Shown: positions 24,451 to 37,582 of the stretch, piece after piece
How the letters are laid out: each line of letters begins with the position of its first letter
How positions within the stretch are numbered: position 1 is the stretch's first letter
Source of the DNA: Moniliella sp. 'wahieum'
Taxonomy: Eukaryota
Length of the DNA: 64,000 nt
Assembly: GCA_003971905.1 (NCBI GenBank)
Contig: RSEE01000002.1
Location: 930,001-994,000, forward strand
Direction of reading: 5' to 3'
The notes under the pieces: generated by a model
Databases searched by the model: none
The model's input: only the letters and a program-made list of their open reading frames with translations
Told to the model about the DNA's origin: nothing
Program-made: the position numbers and the translations under genes

Positions 24451-25368
24451 CGGGTGGCTCACGTTGGTTGGTTGATGGTGTGGGCGGTGGGGAGTGGGAC
24501 GGCAAGCGTCAGAACCCTCCAATCAAAAAATTTGGCCTGGTCCCGTTGCACCGATCAACGATCGGCTGGAGGTTCTCAATTGATCGGTGATGATGATCGG
24601 TGATTCTAGTGATTGGTCAGAATCTCAACAAGCCCATTGCTGCTTTTGAATGTTTTTGTTTTCAAGCCAGGTTCATAGGTGCATGCGACGTTCAACGTTC
24701 AGGCTGTACATAGGAAAGACAAGGTGCCGACTCAGGGCGAGCGCTGAGCCGGTGGCGAAAGACGGGCAACCCCCCCCCCACCTTCGAAATCGTTACTGAG
24801 CTACGATGATGTCGAACCGGCTCGGTTGGACGAACGTTCAATCACCGAAGAGAGGCGGCAAGTGGTCCATCTCGCCCTCAAACCCATACCCAAGAGATAG
24901 GAAGCTGCCAGGCTTCCGTTGTGGGTCGATGTGGAACAGGTTTCCTCAACAAGATGGACATGGGGAGGCGCAGGAACGGAGGCGATGAAGTACGAATCGA
25001 AGAGCCTCTCTGTCTTACCATGGGTAGTGACTAGTGGGGATACTGAGAGTGACTAGTGACTCCGGGCTGTGAGATCACGGCGACTCATAAAGAGGGAAAC
25101 GCCTCTCACAGACCGTTTCTCCTGTGCCCCAATGAACGTTTCGCCTTCGCATCGCATCATGCATCACAGTAGATGAAAAGGGATGGGGTTCTAGCAAGTT
25201 CCATGATACAATGATTAATTACCCTATCCCTTCCCTTCCATATCATTCCACTATAGCCACGCTCCCGACGATCAATCAAGTCGGGGGTGCAGGGACGCAG
25301 GAACGTACCTGAGAGTATTGAGCCTGGTTCAACCTTTCTCTGGCCCAGTCCGCCCAAGGCAAAACAGA

Positions 25369-26034
25369 ATGCTCGTCTACCGGTCAGTATACAGAGGAGG
25401 CGTCAGAACCCCGAGCCCGGCCTGCTCGCGTGCGTCTGTCGCCTGCCCAGTTCACCACACTTCCTAGGTGTCCAGTGCGCTGGTCTCGCTCGCCTCGCCC
25501 GTCCCGCCCACGAAGGCAGTTGGCTCTTCCACCGAGAACATGTACCACGGCATGATGGGAAAGCATCATCGCAAGGCGCGTGTCAAGTTTTCGATAAGTA
25601 CGTTCTGCCATCCCGTTCTCCCTCTCGCACCACGATCAAGCCATACCAGGCCGTACCAGCTCAGCGCGCCTTCCGCCTCCGTGCTCTTTCCCAGACACGA
25701 GGGTGGGCGGGACGACGGACTTGGGTGCGTCCATCACGGGCCGTTGTACCTTCTGTCCTCCTGCTCCTTCCCGCCGAACGATGATGATACGAATAGCAGA
25801 CGAGGATACGAACGAGAACGAGAGCAAGGCTGGCTACATGCAGCAGCCCGCCCATCCGCTTGCCCGCCCCCAATACGACCGAATACGAGAAAGACGCAGG
25901 ATGGGTGGAAAGTATCGACATCGAGGAAACAAACACGCGAAACGTCACCGTTCTCACACACGGGACTTGGGACTTGGAGCACATCATTGCCGTTTTCACC
26001 GCGAGAATCGATCAAGGACGAGAGAGGAGATTAG
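25369..26034 (+). CDS. Hypothetical small multi-exon protein
   Basis: ATG followed by GTCAGT...TAG and GTACGT intron-like signals. Last exon PAPNTTEYEKDAGWVESIDIEETNTRNVTVLTHGTWDLEHIIAVF. No recognised family. Confidence 0.35.
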
Positions 26035-26399
26035 TGGAGGGACAGGGGGTAGAACGGAGAGGGGAAGGGGGAGAAGAGGGGGAGAGGAGAGGACAGGAGA
26101 GAGAGGAGAGGACAGGACAGGACAGGGGAGGGAGGGGAGGGGGCAAGAGAGAGAAAAGGATGATAAGGGCTAACAGGTTGAAAGAGACGATCAAAATGTG
26201 TTGGGAGAAAGGTTAAGGGAGGGGGTAGGTCTTTTGGCTAGAGCAAGGGAAAAGAGACAAAAAGCCTTGATTTTGTTCTGCAGCATGAGATACGAGAGCA
26301 GAAGTAGCCGAGAAGGCGCGACCACAGCGATAGAGAAGAAAAAAAGGGGAAGCACGGGAGGAGGAGCGGCCGCGCTCGGACACGCCATCCCACTCCTCC

Positions 26400-27509
26400 T
26401 TACGCATCTTCCATCGCCGCCTCCTCCACATCCGAACCAGCACGCAAGGGTGTACGTGGCTGCGGCACCACCGGGACCGGCGGCGAACGGTCGTACCGAT
26501 CCTCTTCCGCGCGATCTTCGTCGTACCGACGATCTTCCTCCTCACGAGCCCCGTCCTCGTCGTACCGGCGATCCTCACGGCGCGGGGAGCGCTCCCGAGA
26601 ACGACGCTCTTCACGACGATCGTCGGTACGGCGAGGCGAGCGCTCCGAGAACGGCGTTCGTCGCGCTCGTCGTCGCCGGGGCTGCGCGCCCGATCCGCAC
26701 GGCGGTCGTCACCGCGAGACCGCGGTCGTCCCGAGGGCTGCGCGGACGATACCGATCCTCGCGACGGCGGTCGCCGTACCGGTCGCGCCGGTCCGACTGG
26801 CGCGGAGGGGGGCGATCGTACCCGCCACGGTCGTACCCACGGTCGTAGCCACGGTCGTAACGATCGTACCCCCGTCCCCCACCGCGGGAACGGTCCTCAC
26901 GCTCGTAGTGCGACGGGGGCGGGGGCGCCTCGACCGGGTCCGCACGCAAACGACGCCGCGGTAGTCCGATCCGTCAATGGCGCGAACCGCGGCCTCCATC
27001 TCGTCACGGAAGTTGTACTCGAGGATACCTTCGTCGTCCCGAGCCGGGTCAACGTCGGCAAACACAACCGTTCCATGGGGCCGGCCCAAGTCCTTGATCG
27101 TCTGCCACGACATGCCCGGCGGGAGGCGGGAGAGAAGCACGCGGAACTGGGCGCGGCGCAGCGGAGCGCGGTCGTTGCGCTCGCGGCGCGGCGGCGGGCC
27201 CCACGCGTCGTCCCGGCCGGGGGGACCGTAGGAATCGGTGGGCGGGCCGCGGGGGGCGCGGGCATTGCGCGGGTTGGGCTTGGCGGGCTCGAGAACCAGA
27301 CGGTCGCCCTTCAACTCGTGGCCGCTGAGGGCTTCCATGGCGGCAGCTGCCTCGGCGGGCGAGTCGAGTTCGACAAAGCCAAAGGCGCCCATGAGACGGA
27401 GGTCAACAATGCGGCCATAGGGCTTGAAGGGCCTCGAGGTCGTCGGTGCGCACATCGGGGCTGATGTGGCCGAGTAGAGGCGGGGGGAGCTGGAAGGCGG
27501 CGGGGGCAT
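26400..27509 (-). CDS. SR-family splicing factor (RRM, pseudo-RRM and RS/RD-rich tail; Srp2/SRSF4-6-like)
   Basis: RRM1 ...YGRIVDLRLMGAFGFVEL; RRM2 with SWQTIKD (SWQDLKD-type motif); tail with GYDR and RSP repeats. Confidence 0.88.
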
Positions 27510-27884
27510 GGGGGCAAGGGTGGGTGGGGGTGAGTGGGGGTGGGGGGGGATGGAAGAAGGGGGCCGGGGCGGCTGCTGCTTCCTGAGCATGCCACCGCTG
27601 ATCGATGATCGATGATCCCGGCCTCGGCCAGACCAGGCTGACGTCAGCCGCAGCTGGAGCGCTCTCCCCCCGACTGCAGAATCTGTGGTTTGGAGCGCTG
27701 CGCTTCAGAGCCTCAGGCCGCAGACTCGGACACGGCCGCCGGCGGAAGCTGGTCCATTCCGCCCGCGCCCTGCGGTGGCAGCAGGCGAGGTGCCCCGGCG
27801 GAACGGCGCATTCCGCCCTCGACCCGGCTGGAGAGGTGTGCGAGCGAGGGCTGGGACAGTGCTGATGATTTTTCGTCGCCCGGC

Positions 27885-29924
27885 ATGGATGCGTTGCCCA
27901 TCGAAGCTGTCGCCCCCGTCCTCGACCCATCGATCGTCTTGGCCCGCTCCACCATGCCCCCTCCCCCGACGAGGCTACGTTCAAGCCCTGGCTCGCCGCC
28001 GCCCTCGCGCCCATCAGCGACGCCGATCCCGACGTGCTGGCGGACTATGTCCTTGCCCTCATCCGTCCCGGCGACCCACGCAGCAGCACCATCACTGCCC
28101 TTACCGACCAGCTCACCGAGTTTCTCGGCGACGCCACCCCAGGCTTTGCCACGCTCGTTGCCGATGCACTCGAGAAGCCTACCCACTTACCTGCACCGAC
28201 CGCTGTGCCTCCTCGTCCGTCCCACGCCATCCCATCACTCGATTCGGAGGAGCGGATCAAGCGAAGCGCCCTCTCCCCCGGCGCGGAACCGGCGTCGAAA
28301 TCAGGGGCCGGTAGGCCCGGCGCATGCGCCGCGTCGCTCCGATCGCGCACCTGGCGCTGGTGGAACAAGGAGATTGTACCTGTGCCCAACCCGCTTTTGC
28401 CTCTGGCCACCTGGAGCTTCCTCCCGCAGCCAAGGCCGCGCTTGCCGCCGAGCCCAATGGGCAACCCGTACGAAGGCAAGTTGCCCCCCAACTTGTGTCG
28501 CGATTACCATGTGCGTGGTGCATGTGGGCGCGGGGTGGGGTGCAAGTTCTCCCATGCGCCACTGGACGTACCGACGTTGCTAGGGAATTTACCGGCGGCG
28601 GGGGGGCGATCGCACGAGCCGCGAGAGCGGGATCGGTTTGGCCGTCCCCTGCGAGGCAGTCAGGCCGCTTGGCCAGCTGGGCAAGATGGTTCAGGGCAGG
28701 TGGCGTATGGTTTCTCCCCGGGCGAGGGGGGAGGGTACTCCCAATCTATGGAGTCTTCTTCTGCAGGGCCCTTTGGTCCAACCCCTCCGTCAGCACCGAC
28801 AGCGCGAGTATGGCGCAGTGCACACGCGCCGGGGCCTGGACGGGCTGCTACCAGTTTGGTTGTCCAAGGGATCCCCCTGCCTCCGCATCGGAAGAGCAGG
28901 TGCGGGCTCACTTTGCCCAATTTGGCCCGCTGGCCGAAGTCTCTGTTGACCCGTTGGCACGTCGGGCGTGGTTAAGTTTACCACAGCCGAGCACGCACGC
29001 AATGCCAAAATGATCCCTCGGTTCTCTTTGGCGACCGCTTTGTCAAGGTATTTTTCCAGCGCGACCGGCCCGAGTGGAGCCAGGGTCAGGGACAAGGTCC
29101 GGGGCATGAGGTCCTGGGTACGGGGGTACCGGACCCGGAGCTCATGGCCAGGGCAATGGGCAAGGGCAGGAGTTGGGGCAGCAAGAAGGTCAAGCTGATG
29201 CTCATCACAATTCCGTGGCTGCGTCACGCCCCCCTCGTCCATCAGCCCCCCCTAGACCGCCGCGCTTGACACCTGCCGACGTCAAGATGCTCTGGCGGAT
29301 GCCCGGGCGAAACAGGCGCGGTGGAAGCGCAGCTCGAGATGCAAAAATCCTTGCTGGAACAGTTGCCCGCGCCGGGCGATACGACGGGGGACCGAAGTGC
29401 CACCTTAACTCAGCTGCGCAAGTTGGGACTCGAAATTAAGCAAAACACCAGGCGAGCCATGGAGGCTGCCGAAAAGGCGACGAAGGCCCAAGCCGATCTC
29501 GCTGCTGCTCCGCCCGAACCACCTCGGAGCAAACCGTTCCGTGCTTCCTACCGCCCCGGCGGCGGGCACTTGGATTTGCGTCCGACCACGATGCGGGTCA
29601 GTCTGCCGCCAGGCACAGCGACCGAGGAAGGAACGGAAGCGCAGCTGGTCAAACACTTTGAGTCTTTTGGCCCACTCGTCTCGGTACCCCTGACAAGGGT
29701 GGCTGGGCCATCCAGTGGGCTAATCGACACGAAGGGGACAAGGCGTTTGGAGTGGCGGTAACGTACCTGGGATTGGACAGGTGCAGATGCGCTGGGCGCC
29801 CGCGGCCAATGCTTCGGCCGTGTTTACTGCCTCGGCTCCCGCGCAGACTACCGATCCGCCCAGCGAGCCTGTGGCGGAAGTGGAGGCTGATTCTCTCAAT
29901 GCGGACGACCTGTACGCTGTGTGA
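27885..29924 (+). CDS. RBM26/27-like RNA-binding protein (PWI, CCCH zinc finger, RRMs)
   Basis: PWI: ISDADPDVLADYVLALI...LTEFLGDATPGF. CCCH: CRDYHVRGACGRGVGCKFSH. RRM-like: VRAHFAQFG and LVKHFESFG. LDLRPTT motif. Confidence 0.85.
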
Positions 29925-30216
29925 TGTGCTATTTTTTGCCAATTCAACGCTGGCTCCTGCTTGGTCACTTGTCTGTATATGGAGCAGATGGGGGTGCCGA
30001 CATGGTGTGTAGTTTTTTGAGGGGGGCGGGGGGGGGGGGTAGTGACGAGAAAACTACGAGTCAAATACGCCGACTCCTATGTACGTAGGTGGGATGGAAG
30101 AGACCAATTGATGCGGAGGGGAGGTGAGGGGGAGGGGGGGGGGTTCATGGTGAATACATGCCATACCCGACAGCTATCGGGATCCGACGCAAAGAACGTC
30201 GAGAGGAAGAGGGTCG

Positions 30217-30789
30217 TTACTTGCCCTGGGGCGCCTCCTTGAACGCCAGGGCCGACTCCTCGCCCATGGCCGAGACAATGGTGACCATCAGATCCTTGCC
30301 ATCATCAAAGTCGGCCTGAATCTGGTCGCCGAGCTCGCCGTCGGGCACACGGACATCGTCCTTCGAGTCCCCGTCGGCCGTGAGGAGGTTGAGGAAACCA
30401 TCATCAATGTTGACCAGCTGGTACTCGGTACGCGACACATTGGGCACTTCCATGTTGTGGGTAGAAGGCGAGATGTCCTCCAGCTTCTTGCCCGTAAAGA
30501 TGTCGATAGCAACCAGGTGCACCTTGGCATGTCCATGCTTGCCCGTCTTGGACGTCGACATGTCCACAATCTTGCACGGACGGCCCTTGATGACCACGTG
30601 CCCGTTCTTGCGCAGCGCCGAGCACTGCATGGGGAACGTGAGCGACGCGCCGGCATTGGCCGACTCAAACTCGACGTTGTGCTTCTCGTCGTCAGCCTGG
30701 CCATGGGAGAGGCGCGGGAGAGGGGGTGGTTAGCAAGCGGGGGACTGGAGGGGAGTGTGGCGCAGGCAGGGCAGCGGCTGGCGTACCAT
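30217..30789 (-). CDS. eIF5A: Translation factor eIF5A; first coding exon is the ATG alone (intron 30697-30786)
   Basis: Hypusine loop [21 protein letters not shown]...CAG|GCTGAC gives [33 protein letters not shown]. Confidence 0.98.
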
Positions 30790-31250
30790 CGCGGGCAAGG
30801 TGGTGGAGGGGAGGGGCGTCGGGGGCGTCGGGCGGTGGTTGGATGGGATGGGGCTGGGACTCGTGTGGTGGCCTGCGCCGCTCCCGCCCGCACCGCCGCT
30901 GCTGGTGGATGATTGGTCGATGATGGAGATGCATGATGCGGGGCGGGTGGGAGCCTGGGCGCCGGGAGAGCAGGGCGCCAGTGTGCCCCCCGCATGCAGC
31001 TCTCGCCACAGCTTGCGCACCAGCGCTGTGCCACAGCTCCTGGGGGCTGTGAGCTGTGAGCTGTGAGCTGAGCGCTGAGCATGCAAGGAGGGTGGCCCAA
31101 CCGCAGAGAGTAGCTCCGCACCGGCCCAGCGCTCCCCTGCGCTCCCCCACACGCCTAACCCTGCCAACGTCCAGCCCTTGCCAGCCTGGGCTAACCGGCT
31201 GCCGGTATCCCGGCCAGTCCCCCGGGTCGCAGCCACGTGGAGGGGATTTT

Positions 31251-31288
31251 GGATGGATGGATGGATGGATGGATGGATGGATGGATGG
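31251..31288. repeat. (GGAT)n microsatellite
   Basis: Directly visible. Confidence 0.95.
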
Positions 31289-31897
31289 TCGAGGCGGGGC
31301 AGAGGGGATGACGTCACCCTCGCGCATGGTCGATGATGTCGACGGTGGATGGGATGACGGGGACCGGTGAGCGGTGACCGGTGAGCTCGATGACGTTTTC
31401 CGACGTTGAGGCCCAGGCTGGGGAGCACGAGCGGGTCGCACAAGGCCGCACCCGCTGGGTGGAGCAGCCACGCCACACGCGATGGCTCGATCGCATTTGG
31501 ATGGACCGGCTCGAAAGCAGAATACGAAGACCAAAGCGACACCTACGCGTTGGCCATCGATCGTATCCGCGTGCCCCCCCGTCGCCAAAAAGCTAGTAAC
31601 CAGCTGGCCCAACCTGACGCTCAGGCCGGAGCCTCAGGGCACTCCCTGAGTACTGCCAGAGCCTCAGTACCGAATATAGCCCCAGTGGACGCAATCTCGA
31701 CGGAACAATGTTCACGATGGATGATTCTGGATTAGGACCCCTCTATCTGGCTAGCATCCTGCCTCCCCAGCCAGCCGCCAGCCACAACAGCCATCGGTCG
31801 CAGGCACTAGGCTTGGGCTTGTCCCGACCCCCCCACACCTTCATCCCCGGCACGACCGTCCGCCCCACCATCGCCTTCTGCCTCTCCCTCCTGCACC

Positions 31898-33251
31898 ATG
31901 GAACATGGCTCTGGCGCCATCAAGCTTTTGCCGGCTCCTCCCACCCCGAGCTGGCGCACCAGATTGCAAAGCGGTATGTTGTGCTGCCCTTTTTGTTTGG
32001 GCTCTGTGGCTGCCCCGTGCTCCCCACCCCCAGAAGGTCCCATCAGCCGAAGGATCCGCTCGCTACTGACACCGTATACTGTGCTCTTTTTTTCTTTGCT
32101 CCCCCTCCCCCACTCTCTCCAGGCTCGGTTTGCGCCTAGGCAATGCCCTTGTGGCCCGGAACGAGGCTGGGGAGAGCGTAATACGGATTGAAGAGAGTGT
32201 ACGCGACCACGATGTGTACATTCTCAATACCTCCTGTTGCACCCCCACCACCCACCCAACCGGGAGTGGCAACCACTTTTTGTCGCCCAACACGTCCTTG
32301 ATGGAACGCTGATCCTGATCCAAGCGTGCAAGGATGCCTCGGCCAAGCGCGTGACAGCGGTCCTGCCGCACTTTTACTATGCGCGGCAAGACAAGAAGGA
32401 CAAGTCGGTGCGCCCATCACGGCCAAGCTCGTGGCCAACATGTTGGAAAAAAGCTGGGTGCGACCATGTGATTACGATGGACCTGCATGCGTCGCAGATT
32501 CAAGGCTTTTTGATGTGCCCGTGGACAATCTCTATGCCGAGCCGGCCACGTTGCAATACATTCGCGAAATGCTCGACTTGGACGAGGTGGGGGTGATTGT
32601 CTCGCCCGACGCGGCGGGGCGAAGCGGGCCACGCGATTGCGGACCGGTTGCATGGATTTTTTGCCTTGTTCCACAAAGAACGCCAACGCGCCAACGAAGT
32701 GTCGCGCATGGTCCTCGTAGGCGACGTACGGGGCAAAGTAGCGGTAGTCGTGGATGATATGGCCGATACGTGTGGCACGTTGGACCAAGCCGCTCGCAAC
32801 TTGACCCAACACGGTGCTAAACGCGTCTTGGCCCTCGTCACCCATGGTATCTTGTCCTCGCGGCGCTCGAACGCATCCGTGACTCAACCCTGGAATCGCT
32901 CGTGGTAACCAATACGCTACCCCCAGGCACGAAACAAGGCGCTGTGTCCAAGTTGGAGGAGATTGATATTTCCCATGTGTGGCCGAGACGATTCGCCGGG
33001 CGCATCATGGCGAGTCGATTAGGTGCTGTTCACCAAGGTTCCCTATGATACACGGCACGTACCGTTCCGAGGCGCGCACGCAGAGGCAGGCACGTGAGGT
33101 TGAGGTGGCCCCAGCCCAATCGGGGCGTACTCCCCTCGAAGCTCCTGACAAGACGCCCACCCTGGACCATCCTGGCTTCTTGCCTCCTCCCTCTCCGTCC
33201 ACCATACCGAGCAGCGCAGAGACTATCCACCGACGTCAACACAACCGCTGA
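31898..33251 (+). CDS. PRS: Ribose-phosphate pyrophosphokinase (PRPP synthetase)
   Basis: [54 protein letters not shown] and [12 protein letters not shown]. One intron near 31974-32122 and many frameshifts. Confidence 0.95.
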
Positions 33252-34577
33252 CGTTCGTCCGTTACGCTCGCTAGACTAAGCTGAGCAGTAGACCCTCCCC
33301 CCCCTCTCCGCTACCCCCCTGCTCCCGCTTTGCAAGCCCTGCCGTGGTATGAATGTGCTGTTTTGTTGTGTCGTCGTCGTATATCCTCTCTTCTCACCGC
33401 ATTGTGTCTCCAACAGCACTCAGCCTCCTTGAAGTTGTTGAATTGCTCCTGCCGACGCGCCTCCCCCATTGTGCAATACAAAGCTAATTTGGTTCTTGCC
33501 AGGGCCGAGAAAAGGAGTGGTACAGCGATAATGCTCGAGGGCCGAAAACGTGAGACAAACGGGTTTCCATTCCCGAGCTTGCATGCGCACCTTCAGATCT
33601 ACCGTGCTGTGATGGACGTGATCGTGGCAAAACTAAGTTCTGTCGATGGATTGGTGATGGGAGGGTGGACTTGGTTGAGCTCATGGAGGATGGGACCTGT
33701 TGGGACGGGATTGAGTTCGGGTGGATTGCTACGTCGGGCGAGCGACCGTCGATGCTATGCCCATGGAACATTAAACATAGTAGGTGGTACTCAGTAAGGC
33801 GCCCCTCGTCGAACCTCCCATCTTCACCTTCTCCCACCCTCCTCTTTTCTTCCCCTTTTCACGTATCCTCCCTACAGTACGGCCAAAGGCCTACCCATTG
33901 ACCTCCCACGTCCACGACGCTTCACGGTACTCCCTTGTCCTGTATCCCTCTCCCACCTGTCCGACCCAGTCGGCAAGGGCCCAATTTCCGTTCCCACTGA
34001 TGCACCTCCGGCTTCTCAGTGTGACCGGTGAGCCCCTCCTCATTAACGCATCATCCCCGACCTCAATCCCAACCCAAAGCCGCCCTGGAATTGAATGGTT
34101 TGGTTGCTATTACCGCCCGCTAGGCCAAGCGTAGCAGGGCCAGTGTTTGGGAGCTCCTATTGGCATGGCTTCGCAGTCTCGAGCTGGCAGCCTTTTTTTG
34201 CTTGCAGGTTTGCAGTTTTGTACCTTGATGAGAAAGGGAGTGCCCAGCCTCAAGTCCGGTGAACCCGAGCACGTTTCGTGCAGCCCAGCATGCTCCTGTG
34301 CGAGGCGGCCCGTCCCGTCTCTTTCTGCCCTCCTTGTTGTGTCTCCGGGATTGCATCACCACCACTTCTTCCCCTCCCTGCCTTGCTCGTCTCCCACAGC
34401 TCCATGGACGCTACGAGGGTCGGAGCCCAGCCCCAGAGGTCCCTCGTCCAGCTCAAGGCGAGCAGCAGAACAGACCGCTCCACGATGCAGCCAAACGAAA
34501 AAAGAAAAAAGAAAGAGGGCGTATGTGAGGTGGGATTGAGATTAAGCAGGAATGAACAAAATGAAGTGGGGTTGGTT

Positions 34578-36118
34578 TTATTCGGGTTTGCCCTCGATCG
34601 AGGTACGCCACCACTCCTTCAAGCACGAGTAGCCATCCAAGTCAAACGACTCGCTTGCTTGGCACGTGCACTGGCCCGACTGGTGGTACTTGGGGTTGGT
34701 CGGGCAATGTTTGTAGGGTGTATGGTAGTACCCAATCTGGTCAAACTGGTAGATCCGACTGCGATCCAAAACAAGACCGCAGCAATCGAGTGCACGGGGG
34801 CATCGCCCCATCGTTCGTAAAAGAAGCCACCGGCCTTGTCCAAGTGATCAAAGTACCTTTGGTACGCTTCGCTGCGCCAAAAGCGCAAATCGGCAATCTC
34901 AAAGTTGGACCAAAAGTGGCACATGTTGTACCCGGGTTCGAGCAGCCGCTCGGGCTCGTCGGTCATAAAGTGCAACCCATGGTCTTTGGCCAAGTACTGC
35001 GGGTACTTTTTCATAAACTTTTTCGTCTCGTCCCACAAGGTTGGGATGGTGTCCGGGTACTCGTGCACGGCCATGGTAAACCCATACGTCTTGTTGTTCA
35101 TCTGCATAAACAAGAACGGATCGAAATCAATGTCGCAGTACAGGTGAATGTCCGGCTCGACCCGCCAGTAGTAGTCGAGATCGAGCGTGAGCGGATGCTT
35201 GAAAAAGAACCCGGATTGGAACCGACACATGTGCCGATACGACTCGGAAGAGCCATAAATGATGTCCTTCATCTTCTCCCGCGTCTCGGCCGCTTTGGTC
35301 TGGTTGATCCAGGAGGGGTACCCCCAATGTTCCGGACCCACTTTGCCAAACCGAATCTCCGACCGCGTCATGGACCGCACGCCCTTTTTGAACTCATCTG
35401 GTGGCAAGGGAACGGCCAGGGAACATCCGAGTCAGCCTGAAAAGCACGCGGCGGAGATGGCAGAGGGGGAGGGGGTCTTGTTTGGTGTAAGGAAGTGACA
35501 ACGAACCAGTAAAGTCCTTGTCGTTGAGGAAGATCCAAGGGTAGCCAATTTGCGATTGAATTTCTCCTCCACGTCGCGCATGGAACTGAGCATCTGCTCC
35601 AATTCCTCGTTGCGAACCAGGGTAATAAATGCTGCCTTGGCGCGCATGGCCTTGTTGGCTGCAGCAGGCACAAACGCAGGTGGGTAGAGGTTGCCGTCCG
35701 TGCCCTTTTCCGCCCAGCGAGTCAGTTCGTCCAACGTCGCTGGTGGCGCACCCGCGGGAGCAGAGTAGAGCCAGTCAGCTGGGCTCACCTCGCCGCCTTC
35801 GACGAGGACGGTGGCGGAAGGGCGTGGGGGCGCGGAAGAGGACACGGAAGAGGAAGCGGGTGGGGGTTCGGACCAAGCGGAAGTGTGGCCACCGGCGGCG
35901 CCCTTGGCTGCCTGGACCCATTGTTGAGCGCGCTCGTTGCCCGTGTCGCTAAAACCGAGCCAGGACAGGAGGCTGACGAGGCAGACAGCAGCAAGAGCGA
36001 GGGCAATGAGGCGCATCGGACGGCGCAGGAGCGACTGGAGCCAGGATTGAGAGTGAGTCTCATGGGCGGGGCCGTCGGAGGAGGCGACGCCGCCCAGGAG
36101 CTGGTAGCGCGGAGGCAT
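34578..36118 (-). CDS. Glycosyltransferase family 15 alpha-1,2-mannosyltransferase (KRE2/KTR family)
   Basis: N-terminal TM anchor; AAFITLVRNEEL, YRHMCRFQSGFFF, YYWRVEP, CHFWSNFEI and GGFFYERWGDAPVHSIA. Confidence 0.95.
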
Positions 36119-37489
36119 CGCAGGCGCGGAGGGAGGGGGTGGTGGCAGGAGACGGACAAGACAGAGAGGAAGCAGAAGAAACAGAAGAACAGGGGGCGGG
36201 CATGGAGGGGGCGGTGAGGCGGGGGGCACCAGGTACGGGGGATGTCTGCCCGTGGCTCGCTCTGCGATCTGAGATCTGAAGCAAGGCAAAAGTGTACCGG
36301 GTGGCAGCGGAGACGCAGAGTGAACAATGCGCAATGCGTGGTGAATGCACCGCACCGCTGGCATGCGACAGGCGCCCTGCAGCGCTCCTCTGCCTTGCAG
36401 CAGTGCCTCGGATCCAGAGCGCTTGGCACTGTGTCCTTTGTCCGCGCCCCCACGCCTGCGCGCCGCGCCAGCACAGCGGCTGTGTGGTGCATTGTTCTCC
36501 ATGGTATTGGTCCAGCATCTCGGATGGGACGCACGCTGCAGCCAGCAGCCGGCTAGCTGCTCGCAGTGCGGGTGCCGCACCACCGCACCGCTGCGCTCCG
36601 GTCCACTAGCCACTGCGGCCTGCTGCTGCACCCTGGCCCGCCGCCGCCTCCCTGCTCGCTCTCGCCCATCGTGCGCCGAGCAGCTGCACACTGCTGCAGG
36701 GACGTCGCTGCTGCGCACTGCGAGGTCGGTGGCGTCTACCGACTACCCAGCCCAGCATTAATTTCATTGTTGCTCACCGCTTCGCGTTTCACATTTCACG
36801 TGTGAGCATTATTCACCAATCACCGACCATGCCCAGGCCTCAAGGAGATGCCCACAATGAAACGTTTCATGTGGGAAACCGTCCAGCTGACCACCCAGCG
36901 CCAGGGCGCTGCTGCGGCGCTGATGCATGATGTAAGCCGCGATCCAGCACGTGCACGGGTGCGGAGTGCTGCGTACCGCGGACGCTTGAGCTCGTGCCTG
37001 CGTTTGGCTCGGCAGCTCGACGCCCGCTTGACGTGGAACAGGCGTGTGACGGCGTGGTGCCGGTGACGCGGCGCCGCCGGAACCCCGGCTGGATGGATGG
37101 TGGGTGATGTATGGGGTGGAGGATGCATGATGCATGATGGGGACGATGCCGCAGCGCATGGACGGCATCTGGACGCAGACGGCGGCGGTGTGCCGATCGG
37201 AGCACGGGGCGGCTGCGGCTGCGGCGGGGCGCTGGGCAGCCGGCAGGCACACGTGGGGCAGCACGAGTAGGTAAGCTGCCATGCCGTGCTCGGCGTCGCT
37301 TGCCCTAGTCAGTACTCCTCATGAATCAGCCATCCCGAGTGCTGCCCTGAGCTCAGTCGCTCAGCTGCTCAGCTGCTCAGCCGCCCAGCCGCCCCGAGCC
37401 GGCTAAGCTCAGCTGGCCTGCAGCAACGCGAAGCTTGCCTCGCACACGCTCTGCCACAGTCCTCCTTCCTCCCCCCCACTCCGCACCTC

Positions 37490-37560
37490 CTTCCCTCCTT
37501 CCCTCCTTCCCTCCTTCCCTCCTTCCCTCCTTCCCTCCTTCCTCCTTCCTTCCTTCCCTC
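37490..37560. repeat. (CCTT/CCCT)n pyrimidine microsatellite upstream of the Ysc84-domain gene
   Basis: Directly visible. Confidence 0.9.
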
Positions 37561-37582
37561 CTGCCCTTCCAGGGCCAGCTCC

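Noticed and set aside
21619..33251. Pseudogenisation or programmed frameshifting of UTP14, the SR and RBM26-like genes and PRS
   Set aside because: Single-base indels, many in homopolymers, affect nearly all conserved genes without other decay, which is typical of unpolished long-read consensus.
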